DNA of 64,000 nucleotides, taken from NCBI RefSeq assembly GCF_039654945.1, contig NW_027361771.1, positions 17,298,001-17,362,000 on the forward strand. The letters run 5' to 3'. Numbering within the stretch: the first letter of the stretch is position 1; the number at the start of each line of letters is the position of its first letter. Under the pieces are notes generated by a model. That model ran no database searches. It saw nothing but the letters and a program-made list of their open reading frames with translations, and was not told the origin of the DNA. The position numbers and the translations under genes were made by a program. This document shows positions 24,988 through 38,314 of the stretch, in pieces. Source of the stretch: Dendrobates tinctorius. Lineage: Eukaryota.

Positions 24988-25227
24988 GGGCTCAGGAGGT
25001 ATAACTTCCAGATCAGGGGGTTAAAGAAATTCAGAGAAATCGGGAGCCGACTCAATCTTTTATCTGGATTGAGTACGCTCCAGCCCACGCTCCGTAAAAC
25101 GGAGGTCAAAACGGGTGGAAATCATAATCAACTCCTCTAGGCTTAAGGGAACCTACCTGGTAGATAAAGCATCTTTGACATGCTCTGCCATCCCTCTACA
25201 GAACACAGGGATGAGTGTTTTATCAGG

Positions 25228-25749
25228 CTACTCCAGCTCGGAAGCCAGTGTCCGGAAACGGACGGCATACTGACTGACCGACAGGGATCCCTGAGTTAAC
25301 GCAAATACCCAGAGAGAGGTGTCGTGAGTGACCCGGGGTCCCAAAAAGACCTGCTTTAGTGATTTCAGAAACTGAGCAGCGCTCAGTACCACAGGGTCAC
25401 CACGCTCCCATAGTGGCGTAGCCCATTCCAACTCCCTGCCTGACAGGAGGGAGACGATAAACCCCACCTTAGCCCGCTCTGTAGGAAATCGCGTGGCTAG
25501 TAACTCGAGCAGGATAGAGCACTGGCTCACGAAACCCCTACAGGTGGCGCTGTCACCAGAAAATTTATCAGGCAACGGGAGGCGGGAAATTGTCGGCGTG
25601 GGCGTGGACATGGACACACGAGAGACAGCCTCTGCAATTTTCTGGGCAGCGACCACAGCAGCATCCGCAGCCAAAGTGGAACTCTCGAGGGCTGTCAACC
25701 TACCCTCCAGCTGCCGAATGTACCGCTGTAGCTGCTGCTGGTCCGCCAT
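25228..25749 (-). pseudogene. sushi-type Gag N-terminal part (PEG10/RTL-like family)
   Basis: LPLPDKFSGDSATCRGFVSQC..FPTERAKVGFIVSLLSGRELEWATPLWE. Confidence 0.85.
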
Positions 25750-25765
25750 TATTAGCCAGACCCTG

Positions 25766-25776
25766 GCACTAGTATA
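25766..25776 (-). promoter_or_regulatory. Self-priming primer-binding site
   Basis: Minus strand TATACTAGTGC just after the 5' LTR is the exact complement of GCACTAGTATA about 25 nt downstream of the LTR TATA box (23510-23520; 35145-35155 with one G:U). Confidence 0.75.
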
Positions 25777-27348
25777 ATATTAGGAACGGCGGAACGCAAT
25801 AAATAAATAATAAAGTGCGTTCGATGCTTGGGGTCCACCGTGCAGAAGGTATAAACACTGCTGCTAAATAATGGCAGATGCGCAATATGGCAGTATAGCG
25901 CGCATGGGTTAAACGTCACCCGATGTGCACGGAGCGGACTCTGTTAGCTCACAGAGGTGCCATAACATAAACATAAACGCCGAGCCTGTTAGACTCACAG
26001 GTCTCAGTGGAATTGCACACACGATATCAGGTCACAGGGCACGGGCCCAAGACTGGGGTCGGTGTCTGTCTAGACCTACCGTGTGTGTGGCATCGCTACC
26101 GCGGACGCCGGTAAGTAGTGTTAAGCATTCCGATACCGCAAGTATTGGGTATCGGCCGAAATTCACTGTATCGGAATTCCGATACTGAGTTCCGATACTT
26201 TTAGCATATCGAATACCGGAATCGGAAGTTCCCATAATGCTATGAGCCAGTTTGATTTGATTAAGCCAATGACAATCCTCAGAAGTGTGGGCACATCCTG
26301 TTAGGCATGTAGGCATGTTAACTAATGGCATGGCTGTGATTGGCTGCTGAAATGATGTCATGATGCACTATAAAAGCCGCCGCCGCCATTTCTGGTTCAC
26401 TCTGCTGTGAATTCAGTTAGGGACAGGCTGCTGTTCAAGACTCTGAGGGACAGTTAGTGATAGTGATTTTACCAAGGCTACATTCTCAATAAGTGTAGCT
26501 TTCTTTTGCCTTGCAGCAGTGTTCACAGCTGTCTGCAAGGTCTGTGTGAGTGCAGCTCACGCTGTAGTGTGTCCTGCAGGATCGTCTGCTTGTAGGCTGC
26601 TCAGCGTGCGTCACTGCCTCACACATATTTTTCTTTTATTGCAGCTAATTTTTAATTCTCCTATTAGTGTGCATCCATCCCTATCCATATACGGTGGTTG
26701 CAAACACTATAGGAGTAGACAGCGGACCCTCTCTGCAGCCTTTCAGTGCTAGTGCCCACTTATCTGCACTGTTCACGGCAGTCTGAGAGGTCTTTGTGTG
26801 TGTGAGTGCAGCTCACGCTGAGTAGTGTGTCCTGCAGCTACGTCTGGTTGTAGGCTGCTCAGCGTGCGTCACTGCCTCACACATATTTTTCTGTTATTGC
26901 AGCTCATTTTTTATTGTCCTATTAGTGTGCATCCATCCGTATCCATCTACATTGGTTGGTTGCAAACACTATATAGGAGTAGATAGAGGAACCTTTTTTC
27001 TAGCTTGTGCCCTTCAGCTGCAGCCAGATTAGTATTACCCTATTTTTTGGAGCCTCATCTTTTGCATTGTAGGTTACCTTCCTGTATTGTAACAGCTCCA
27101 AAAAGTTCGTGATACTATCGCTTTCAAATCTTTGGTCACATCCTTTTAGTTTTAAAAAAAAATAAAATAAAGTTCACCAAACACTACATTTGACAGTTGT
27201 GTAGGCCACATTAGCTCCTATTAAAGTGTAGTCCACACACACACTTCATAAAATTAGTGTTTCTAATACCTGTAACCAGCTGTTCAGGAATAAGAACACT
27301 AAGCCCCCCCCTTTGTACTTTTCTGCCTATCTTTATCAGTCAACCAAG

Positions 27349-30300
27349 ATGAAGAAGGCAGGGAGTAAGGCACATGGGCGTGGAGTTTCAGCAGGGAGAG
27401 GACGTGGGGATTCTGCAGGGAGAGGACGTGGGGATTCTGTGCCTGCTGCGGGCACCAGTAAGTCAGCATCCCCAAGTTTTAGCAGGCAACAGTCCTTTAT
27501 GCGCAGCTTTGTAGGACCTCGCCGTACCCCACTGCTGCGGGAGGAACAAATTGAAGCCGTTGTTGGATGGATGGCAGCTAACGCATCGACTTCAATGACT
27601 TCCACGTCCTCTCAGGGCCAGAGCACTGAAGAGCAACCATCTGTCTCTTCACCACCTGCCAAAGTGCCCAGACAGTCAGAGAGCCCTGGACAGGAGCCAT
27701 CACAGTCTCTACTTCTGTTGGCTTGGAAAGAGGGGGCCAGCCAAGCAGCACTCAAGAATGTGAAGAAGAGGGAGTATGCAGTGATGCGCAACTTCTTTGT
27801 CCCTCTGAATCTGAAGAGGTGGGTGGGCCAGTGCCTATGGTCAGCACACCTCAGTACGCATCAGATGTTGACGAGACTCAGGTGCCACCCTCTGGTGCGT
27901 ACGGTGCTGGCGAGACAACCCAGGAGAAGCAGGTGTTTGAAGAGGGGAGTGTAGATGATGAGGTCCTTGACCCATCATGGCGTGAAGAACAGGAAGGTGG
28001 TGGGAGCAGCTCTGAGGAAGAGATTCCCCAAACGACCAAAACAGGAGGGAGAGGGAGGGGGGAGACTTGGTTGCCTGTAGCCTCCACTTTGGCACCCGTT
28101 AGGAGCATTCCTCTTCCAAAAACCAAAACGGGCGCTCCCAAGACTTGCAGTGCGTGGTCCTTTTTGACATAGTTGCAGATGACATTTGCTTTGTCAAATG
28201 CAAGCTGTGTCATCAGAAAGTCAAAAGAGGGAAAAATGTCAGCAACCTCAATACCACAAATATGTGGAAACATGTGCGGACCAATCACGAGCTGGAGTTA
28301 CACAGATACACTGAAGACGTAGGCCAACGTACAGCACCACCTACCACCTCTTCAGCTCATGTTGGGGCCTCTTCCTCCAGCTCACACACAGCTGGTTCGG
28401 CTTACTCACAGGATCGCCAAGAAAGAACCTCTGGCACTGTTGCCCGGAGACCCAGTGACATTCCACCCACAGCACCACGTTCCCAGTCATCCTCACACTC
28501 CCAGGCCACTCTACAGCCATTGGTAGCACAAGCATGGGATAAAAGGTGGCCATACTCGGCAAACCATCCCTGAGCACAGGCTCTGAATGCTGGCATTGCC
28601 AAACTACTGGCCCTTGAAATACTTTCCTTCAGGCTGGTGGAGACTGACACCTTCCGGAAATTCATGGCATTGGCAGTCCCACAATACACCGTGCCCAGCC
28701 GCTTTTATTTCAGCAGGCAAGCCGTCCCTGCCCTGCAAAAACATGTGGAGGGAAAAATAAAACATGCGCTACTAAACGCCGTCAGTAGTAAGGTCCATCT
28801 GACCACCGATGCGTTGACCAGTAACCATGGACAGGGACGATACCTTTCCCTCACTGCCCATTGGGTCAATGTTGTGGAGCCGGGTACAGATCTGGAGAGT
28901 GGCGCTGTATGTGTTCTGCCAACTCCACGGATTGCAGGAATCCAGTCTGTACACATTGACTCCTCCTCCTACTCAAGTTCCTCAGAAACAGCGCTGCAGG
29001 AGCCTGTTACGACCAATATGAGCACAGCCGTGGCCAAACGTCAACAGGCCATACTGAAATTAATTTCTTTGGGGAATCGAAGCCACACAGCGCAGGAGCT
29101 CTGGAATGCCATCAAGCAGGAGAGTGACGTGTGGTTTCTGCCAGCGAATCTCCGAAATCTGGTGGCAGCTCTGGGCCTAGGCAACCTCACTCACATCCCA
29201 TGTCTGGCACATGTGCTGAACGTGGTCGTGCAGAGCTTTCTGAGGGACTATCCGGATCTTGATGCACTGCTGCACAAGGTCCGCATAGAGTGTGCTCACT
29301 TGCGGCCAGCACGGCAAGATCGCGCCTTGCTGCTCTGCAGCGCCGATTACGCCTTCCGGAACATTGCATCATATCTGACCTACCCACCAGGTGGAATTCA
29401 ACTTTACATATGTTGGAGCGGTTGTGTGAGCAGCAGGCAGCAGTCATGGAGTACCAGCTGCATCAGGCGCAAACAAGTCGCACTGTGCGCCGGTCACACT
29501 TCAGCACCACTGAGTGGGCCTCTATGAAGGACATCTGCCTCGTTTTGCATGCCTTCGATGATTCCACACAGATGGCGAGTGCAGATGATGCACTAGTCAG
29601 CATGACTGTCCCCCTTATCTGCCTGCTTTAAAAAGCACTGCAAGCACTAAGGGAGGAGGTTTTGGAAGAGGTGGAGGATGACGAGTCACAAATGCCATCT
29701 GCTTCTGGACAGTCTGCGCTACGTGGTTCCTCACAAAGGCCTAGGCAGGGGACACTTTGTGAGGAGGATGAGGAGGAGTCATTGGAGGAGGAAGACATCT
29801 CTCCAGAGGAGGGAGATATACAATGCTCTATTCAGTATGTACAGCGAGGGTGGGGTGATGCAGAGCAGGCAGAGATGACGACTCAAGCAGGGGACAGTGT
29901 TTCTTGGGCAGTTGGGAGTCTGCAGCACATGGTTTATTTCATGCTGCAGTGCCTGAGAAACGACCGCCGCATCGCCCACATTCTCAACACAGCTGATTAT
30001 TGGGTGTACACCCTCCTAGATCCTCGCTACCGGGACAACGTACAAAGAAACATACCACCATTGAACCGGGAGCGTAAAATGAGGGAGTACCAAGACACAC
30101 TGGTGCAGTCCATCATGTTCTCCATTCCACCCAACAGCAGTGCTGCTAGTGCTTTACAAAGCAACTCTGTGCGTCAAGGCAGTGGAGGAAGCTCTGCACA
30201 AAGAGGGAGCAGAGGCAGCGCCTCAGCACAAGGCAAGACCGCTATGGTCCAAATGTGGCAAAGTTTTGTATGTCCGCCACAAATGTCTACACCATCACAG

Positions 30301-30627
30301 ACGGCTCCTTTCAGCAGGAGGCAACGTTTCCGTCAGATGGTGACAGACTACATGTCTTGCCCTGTCAGTGTACGCCCAGATGGCTCTTCCCCCTTCAAGT
30401 TTTGGGTCTCTAAGCTGGATACATGGCCAGAGCTTAGCCAGTATGGAATAGAGGTGCTGGCTTGCCCTGCTGCCAGTGTATTATCGGAACGCGTCTTTAG
30501 TTCCGCAGGTGGTGTACTAACAGAGCGTCGCACGCGACTATCCTCCGATAACGTTGACCGGCTTACTTTTCTGAAAATGAACAAGGCCTGGATCTCGCCA
30601 GAATTTGCCAGTCCTCTTCCAGAATAA
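27349..30627 (+). pseudogene. hAT transposase with BED zinc finger (frameshifts and stops)
   Basis: AWSFF..KCKLC..NMWKHVRTNH (BED), HLTTD, HIPCLAHVLN (CxxH), TRWNS, SVLSERVFS (dimerisation region/E). Confidence 0.9.
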
Positions 30628-30837
30628 ATAATTGGCTGGCAACAGTATCCAGGTCTCCTGTTGTTTTCATGTTCCTACCACCTGAACTGTAATCCCTGGG
30701 CTTCAACACAGCCAGTTGTCGCTCAGAAGTGCCGTCTGCACAGAGAAAAACAGTAGCTCCTGTGTTAGTGGGGTTCAGTAACACCAGCTGCTCCCCTGCT
30801 GTGTGTACAGCAAAGTCTCCTGCTCCCTCCACAATCA

Positions 30838-31258
30838 AACTACTACAGATTTTTAACCGTGCTCCACTTAGGCCTCTGGCTCCACTGTCTCTAGTATTTC
30901 CCCTGGCCTCCAACCCCGCCAGTTGCTGCTCTGAAGTGGCGTCTGCACAATCCACACTTGTTCCTGTGTTACTGGGGCTCAGTCACGTCAGTTGATCCCC
31001 TGGTGTGTGTCCGGCAAGGTCTCCTGCTCTGTCCACATTCCCACTACTAGTAATGGGAATGTGGACAGAGCAGGAGACATTGCCGGACACACATCAGGGG
31101 ATCAACTGACGTGACTGAGCCCCAGTAACACAGGAACAAGTGTGGATTGTGCAGACGCCACTTCAGAGCAGTAACTGGCGGGGTTGGGGGCCAGGGGAAA
31201 TACTAGAGACAGTGGAGCCAGAGGCCATAGTGGAGCATGGTTACAATCAGTAGTAGTC
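30838..31258. repeat. Long loop-less palindrome 1 inside hAT
   Basis: Arms of about 210 bp, centre 31048/31049 (cccactact|agtaatggg). Confidence 0.9.
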
Positions 31259-32214
31259 TACAACCTATATAAAACTTGCTGCAAGTTGGCCTCCGCCTGC
31301 TGCATGATTGATCCTGGGCTTCAACACAGCCATATGTCGCTCGGAAGTGCTGTCCGCACAGAGAAAAACACTAGCTCCTGTGTTAGTGGGGTTTAGTAAT
31401 GCCAGCTGCTCCCCTGCTGTGTGGACAGCAAAGTCTCCTGCTCCCTCCACATTGACACAACATCCGATTTTCTACTTGTTCCAAGTAGGCCTCAGCCTGC
31501 TGAATGAATGATCCTAGGCTTCAACACAGCCAGTTGTCGCTCGGAAGTGCTGTCCGCACAGAGAAAAACACTAGCTCCTGTGTTACTGGGGTTCAGTAAC
31601 GTCAGCTGTTCCCCTGCTGTGTGGACGGCAATGTCTCCTGCTGTCTCCAAAATCACACTACATCTGGCCTCAGCCTGCTCCATGCTTGATCATGGGCTCC
31701 AACAACGCCAGTTGGTGTTCAGAAGTGCCGTCTTCACAGAGAAAAACACACTAGCTCGTGTGTTAGTGAGGTTCAGTAACATCACCTGTTCCCCTGCTGT
31801 GTAGACGGCAATGTCTCCTGCTGCCTCCACATGCAAAAAACATCAGGCCTCAGCCTGCTCCATGCTTGATCCTGGGCTCCAACAACGCCAGTTGGTGTTC
31901 AGAAGTGCCGTCTGCACAGAGAAAAATACATGCTCCAGTGTTAGTGGGGTTCAGAAACACCACGTGCTCCCCTGCTGTGTGGACGACAAAGTCTCCTGCT
32001 GCCTCCAAAATCACACTACATCTTATTTGCTACTTGCTCCAAGTAGGCCTCAGCCTGCTCTATGACTGATCCTGGGCTTCAACACAGCCAGTTGTTGCTT
32101 GGAAGTGCCATCTGCACAGAGAGAAGCACATGCTCCAGTGTTAGTGGGGTTCAGTAATGCCAGCTGCTCCCCTGCTGTGTGGACGGCAAAGTCTCCTGCT
32201 CCCTCCACAATCAA

Positions 32215-32632
32215 ACTAGTACTGATTTTTAACCGTGCTCCACTTAGGTCTTTGGCTCCACTGTCTCTAGTATTTCCCCTGGCCTCCAACCCCGCCAGTT
32301 GCTGCTCTGAAGTGGCGTCTACACAATCCACACTTGTTCCTGTGTTACTGGGGCTCAGTCACGTCAGTTGATCCCCTGATGTGTGTCCGGCAATGTCTCC
32401 TGCTCTGTCCACATTCCCATTACTAGTAGTAGGAATGTGGACAGAGCAGGAGACCTTGCCGGACACACATCAGGGGATCAACTGACGTGACTGAGCCCCA
32501 GTAACACAGGAACAAGTGTGGATTGTGCAGACACCACTTCAGAGCAGTAACTGGTGGGGTTGGAAGCCAGGGGAAATACTAGAGACAGTGGAGCCAGATG
32601 CCATAGTGGAGCACGGTTACAATCAGTAGTAG
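32215..32632. repeat. Long loop-less palindrome 2 inside hAT
   Basis: Arms of about 210 bp, centre 32424/32425, same arm sequence as palindrome 1. Confidence 0.9.
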
Positions 32633-33009
32633 TGTACAACCGATATAAAACTTGCTCCAAGTAGGCCTCAGCCTGCTGCATGATTGACACTGGGCTCCAA
32701 CATCGCCAGTTGCTGCTCAGAAGTGTCTTTGGCACGGGTACTCCCTCCTGCCCAGCCTGGTTCCAGCATGCCTGCTGTTTTCGGGGAGTGTCAACGTCAC
32801 TTTTCCACCAATACATTGTCCTGTCGTGTTGCGGTTGGGTTAGCCGAGTCTATGGTGCCTGCAGTTTAGGTGCTTCCTATGTGGGCTGCGGGTTCTGGTA
32901 ATAAAGGCTGGTTCCGTAGTGCCAATAGGACAAGCACCCCCTGTTGGACTGTGGGTTTCGGTAACTGTGGCCTGCTCGCAGCCATGCAACTTGGTTTATT
33001 ATGGGTACA

Positions 33010-34520
33010 TTCTGCTACCCATCCGGGTTCCAGCACTGTCAGCTGGTTCTCAGCAGTGCCTTTGGCCGAGGTGCCTCCTTCTCGGTATCCGAGTTCCAGC
33101 AACGTCTGCTGGTCCTTGGTAGTGTTTTGTAGCACAGGTACCTCCTGCTTAGTAACCGTGTTCCAGCACCGTTAGCTGGTCCTCGCTAGTTCCATTTGCT
33201 CTTGCAGCTTCTGCTACCCATCCGGGTTCCAGCACCGTCAGCTGGTTCTAGGCAGTGCCTTTGGCCTAGGTGCCTCCTTCTCGGTATCCGAGTTCCAGCA
33301 AGGTCTGCTGGTCCTTGGTAGTGCTTTGTAGCACAGGTACCTCCTGTTTAGCAACTGTGTTCCAGCACCGTCAGCTGGTCCACGGTTGTGCCATTGGCTC
33401 TTGTTCCTTCTGCTGGCCCTCTGGGTTCCAGCACCATCAGCTCGTCCTCGCTAGTTCCATTTGCTCTTGCAGCTTCTGCTACCCATCCAGGTTCCAGCAC
33501 CGTCAGCTGGTTCTCGGCAGTGCCTTTGGTCTAGGTGCCCCCTTCTCGGTATCTGAGTTCCAGCAATGTCTGCTGGTCCTTGGTAGTGCTTTGTAGCACA
33601 GGTACCTCCTGCTTAGTAACCGTGTTCCAGCACTGTCAGCTGGTCCACAGTTTTTCTATTGGCTGTTGTTCCATATGCTGCCCCTCCAGGTTCCAGCACT
33701 GTCAGCTGGTCCTCGCTAGTTCCATTTTCTCTTGATCCTTCTGCTAACCATCCGGGTTCCAGTACCATCAGCTGGTACTCAGCAGTTCCTCAGCCTTCTT
33801 GTACCTTCTGCTACTTTTTCAAATTCGAGCTTGTGGAAATGGTTTTTGGTTCTCAATCTGGATCTCCCTGATGACGACCCTGAAGACGACGACCCTGAAG
33901 ACCACACCGAAGAAGACCAAAAAGATGTCCCTGAAGAAGATGACCAAGAGGACAAAGAGCATGAAGACAACCACCAAGATGCAGAACAACAAGAGACAGA
34001 AGACCAAGAAGCTGAAAAACCAAACGCAGAAGAACATTAAGCATAAGACTAAAAATCAGAGTAAGCATAAGACTAAAAATCAGAGCAAATGATATTATCT
34101 AAATTAAAAGCAGAAGAAGACTAAGCAGTGTATGGGGGTGAGTCCGTTCCTCCTCGTGGTGCCCCTGGAAAATGCCTGCTGCTGCAGGTCAAACTGAACA
34201 CGGACAAATCCTGTTGTAAATCTTTTGTGACAGGCTGAACGGAAGGTGCAATCTTCAAACTTTTATAGATAACAACTACAGGAATGCCTGTCACAAATAA
34301 GAATATGAAGAAGAAGAAGAATAGGAAGAAGATGAAGAAATAGAATATGAAGACGAATAATAGTTGAATAAGAAGAATATGAAGAATGCAAAAAAAAAGG
34401 ATAATAGGAAGAAGGTGAAGAAGAAGAAGATGAATAAGGTGATGAAGAAGTTGATGAAAAAGATGCTGCTGCTGAGGATGATGAAGGAGAAAGTGTGGGA
34501 GAAGTAAAAAAGAAGGTGAA
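33010..34520. repeat. About 60-bp minisatellite followed by GAA-rich low-complexity tract in the hAT 3' region
   Basis: Units with ttccagcaccgtcagctggt; (GAA/GAT/GAC)-rich at 33870-34520. Homologous region lies inverted at 42570-44718. Confidence 0.8.
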
Positions 34521-35288
34521 GAGCATGGAAGTAGTGAAACATACATATCTGACAAAATATAAAAGAGGTTAACATAGTCAATATCTTTGCAACTCCGAAC
34601 TTCCTTAAAAATTTTTTTAATTCCTGCTATTCCATTTGATTGGGCTAAACCTCTATGGCTTTAATGTCTCTTACACCTCCCACAATACATTCTACATTAT
34701 TATTAGTTGTTTTTCATCATGTAGAATTAACCTACAAGGAAAGAAAGTTTTTTTTTTAATTCCGATATTTCTGTTTCATTGACTTGAATGGGACTTCCGG
34801 GATCGGAATCGGTGATACCCGATACTTTTTTGGTGTCGGCCGATCCAATCCGATCCGATATTTTTCAATATCGGGTGGTATCGCTCTACACTACCGGTAA
34901 GTGCTGCTGACTGCAGCGCGGCGGCAGACAGCCGCTGTGCGATAGTGCCGTATGAGATGTGACACCATCGGACGCTAGTGTAGATGTGTGGTGTGCACTG
35001 TGGCCTATGGCTTGCCACTGACTGGCGCTGACTCTTTTTCTAGTTCCCTATCCACATGCGTAATATCAGAGGGAGGGGAATCATAATAAGTCAGTCACCA
35101 GAATCATACATCCATCACCATTCACACATCTAGCAAGGAGAGTCTATACTAGCGCATGGCCGACTGGCCATGAGGGCCTTTTATAGCCGTGCGCTGCCGG
35201 GACCTTCCAGATCTCTGAGATGGACCAATCAGATCTGGAGAAGGACCTAAGCACATGACTCCCGACCTCCAATGGGGGATCGTCTCGT

Positions 35289-37314
35289 AAGTGGAGGCTA
35301 CAGGCAACCAAGTCTGCCCCCGCCCTCTCCCTCCTCTTTTGGCTGTTCGGGGAATCTCTTCCTCAGAGCTACTCCCACCACCTTCCTGTGGCTGACGCCA
35401 TGATGGGTCAAGGACCTCATCATGTCCACTCCCCTCTTCAAGCACCGGCTGGTCCTGGGTTGTCTCGCCAGCACCGTACGCACCAGAAATTGGCAACTGA
35501 GTCTCATCATCATCTGATGCATACTGAGGTGTGCTGACCATAGGCACTGGCCCACCCGCCTCTTCAGATTCAGAGGGACAAAGCAGTTGCGCATAACTGC
35601 ATACTCCCTCTTCTTCACGCTCTAGAATGCTGCTTGGCTGGCCACATCTTTCCAAGCCAACAGATTCTGAGAACAGAAGTAAAGATTGAGATGGCTCCTG
35701 TCCAGGGCTCTCAGACTGCCTGGGCAATTTGGCAGGTGGTGAAGAGACAGATGGTTGCTCTTCAGTGCTCTGGCCTTGGGAGGATGCGGAAGTCATTGAA
35801 GTGGATGCGTTAGCTGCCATCCATCCGACAATGGCTTCAATTTGTTCATCACGCAGCAGTGGGGTACGGCGAGGTCCTACAAAGCTGCGCATGAAGGACT
35901 GTTGCCTGGTAAAAGTGGGGGATGCCGGGTCACTGGTGGCCGCAGCAGATACCGAATCCCCACGTCCTCTCCCTGCTGAATCCCCCCGTCCTCTCCCTGC
36001 TGAAACTCCACGGCCACGACCACGTGCCTTACTCCCTGCCTTCTTCATCTTGGTAGACTGATAAAGATAGGCAGAAAAGTAAAAAAGGGGTGGCTTAGTG
36101 TTCTTATTCCTGAACACCTGCTAACCAGTATAAGAAACACTAATTTGGCTAAGAGTGTGTGTACTACACTTTAATATGATCTAATGTGGCCTAGACAACT
36201 GTAAAGTGGAATGTTTGGTGAACTTTATTTCCTTTTTTTTTTTGGGTGGGGGGAAAGGAAAGGATGTGACCAAAGTTTGAAAGCTATAGTATCACAAACT
36301 TTTTGGAGCGATTACAATGCAGGAAGCTAACCTACAATGCAATTGATGAGGCTCCAAAAAATAGGGTGATACTAGCCTGGCTGGCCCTGAAGGGCACAAG
36401 CCAGCAAAAAGGCTCCTCTATCTAATCCTATATAGTGTTTGCAACCAACCAATGACAATGGATGCAGTTGGAAGCACACTATAGGAGGAAAAATCTGGCT
36501 AAATTTGCTGCAAAAAAAGGACTATGTATGAGGCAGTGACGCACGCTGAGCGGACTACAGCTAGCGGTGGCTGTAGAACACACTGCAACGTGAGGTGCAC
36601 TCACACACAGAGAGACCTATCAGACAGCCAAAAACAGTGCAGAGAAATGGGCTATAGCACTGAAAGGCTGCTGAAAGGCTCCGCTGTCCACTCCTTTAGT
36701 GTTTGCAACCAACGTATATGGATACGTATGGAAGCACACTATACGGGAGAAAAAAAAAGCAGCAATAAAAGAAAAATGTGTATGAGGCAGAGACACACGC
36801 TGGCCGGCCTACAAGCAGACGTGCCTGCAGGACACACTACACAGCGTGGGTCTGCACTCACACAGCCCTTGCAGACAGCTGTGAAAACAGCGCTGCTAGG
36901 GAAAAGCAAGCTACAGTGGTCGTTTATGTAGCCTGGATAAAGCACAATATTGTTTTTAGAATCACTATTTCTAACTGTCCCTCACAGTCTTCAACAGCAG
37001 CCTGTCCCTAACTGAATTCACAGCAGAGGGACCAGAAATGGCGGCTGCAGCGCTTTTTATAGTGCATCATGACATCATTTCAGCAGCCAATCACAGCCAT
37101 GCCAGTAGTTAACATGCCTACATGCCTAACAGGATATGCCCACACTTCTGAGGATCCCCATTGGCTGAATCAAATCGAGCGGGCTCCTAGCATTATGGGA
37201 ACTTCCGATTCCGGTATTCGATATGAAAACAGTATCGGAACTAAGTATCGGAATTCCGATACAGCTAATATCGGCCGATACCCGATACTTGCGGTATCGG
37301 AATGCTCAACACTA
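35289..37314 (-). mobile_element. Left end (2 kb) of a second, related hAT element
   Basis: TIR TAGTGTTGAGC at 37314 on the minus strand. Homologous to 26116-28090 including the transposase N-terminus MKKAGSKARGRG. Truncated at the LTR junction. Confidence 0.9.
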
Positions 37315-38314
37315 CCCACGATGCATAATTATTTGATTGCAACACAGAGAACTTGTTCATCATAGCAACTAGAAGACACTGATAATTGAAATGCATGAAT
37401 ATGCTAAATACTTAAATCATAGATATTTACAACCATTCCCCGTTACTGAAGTGAAGGGAGTGATAATAACAAAAGTGCATGCCGATACCCTCCTCATAAG
37501 CAAACACATAGATTACAGTCAAATTGAGATGTGCGCACTAGTGGACATATTATTTCCCCAGTGAGTCAGATAATAGGGAATAAGACAGTGTAGCTCCTAA
37601 GTTGATCATACGTAATTCATGGTATGCATCACCCGGTCCTATTAAAGGAAAGGCTCCACATGAAAAACAGAGTCAAAAATACCGTTTTATTAACATAATA
37701 TATAAACAAAATAGCGCAAAGACACAGTCCAAAAATGGAGTGGTAAAAAAAAAAAATAAATAAAAAATTAATCACACCAAAGGTGTAAAGCCCTGAGTAG
37801 AATGCCAAGAATGATCTAATCCGAAAGGGGATAAGTAAATGCAGGAAAAGGATCCAGAAATACAATAGAGCTCATTTCAAGCAGACCAAAATCGGCTATG
37901 AAATAGAAATTCTCCACAAGCTCCCCCCATTGGCATCTACGAAATAAATATATACTAGTAACAGAGCACACTAGGGTGAAAAACATAATTGAACAGAATA
38001 CAAGACTCATAAGAGCAATAGAATTACAGAAAAACAACTGTATATGCTCATGACATAAGTCTAGATGACAAACAAATCTGGTCAAGGATAGAGTCCTTTA
38101 GGAGAAGTCCATAGTATAATAGAAGTGCAGATCATGTTGTAAGGCGTCAAGAGACCAACTTTATCCAGGTAACACCAAAAGGAGAGATAGATCTAAATTG
38201 AAGAAACAGAGGTCGAGAGCAAGTCTTCGAATCATGAGGTCCAGAACAGAAGAAGTGTGAGACTTAATACCCAGGATCTACAAAAACAGAAGGAAACTTG
38301 TAAAACAAACCAAA

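Larger units (their letters stand above)
26116..34893 (+). mobile_element. Full-length hAT (Ac/ZBED-like) DNA transposon, 8778 bp
   Basis: TIRs TAGTGTTAAGC / GCTCTACACTA, 8-bp TSD CCGGTAAG (26108-26115, 34894-34901), subterminal ccgata repeats. Confidence 0.95.
22923..35288 (-). mobile_element. Internally deleted sushi/Tf1-type (chromovirus-related) Gypsy element; 5' LTR interrupted by a hAT and truncated
   Basis: LTRs at 22923-23766 and 25778-26115 plus 34894-35288. PPT at 23767-23780. gag, Zn knuckle, protease and integrase remnants; no RT. Confidence 0.9.

Noticed and set aside
25228-25749. Domesticated PEG10/RTL-like gene
   Set aside because: Flanked by LTRs, PBS and PPT and has a premature stop, so it is an ordinary retrotransposon gag.
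32866-33780. Repeat protein (DQLTVLEPG units) antisense to the transposase, or a CRISPR-like array
   Set aside because: Units contain stops and frameshifts, and the intervening sequences are homologous rather than unique spacers. This is a eukaryotic minisatellite.
33732-34581. Acidic, Phe-rich and Ser-rich ORFs (also 42559-43425)
   Set aside because: By-products of GAA-rich low complexity. Frames are not conserved between the two hAT copies.
35149-36117. 322-aa ORF as a novel fusion gene
   Set aside because: A truncated transposase N-terminus reads by chance into LTR sequence across the 35288/35289 breakpoint.
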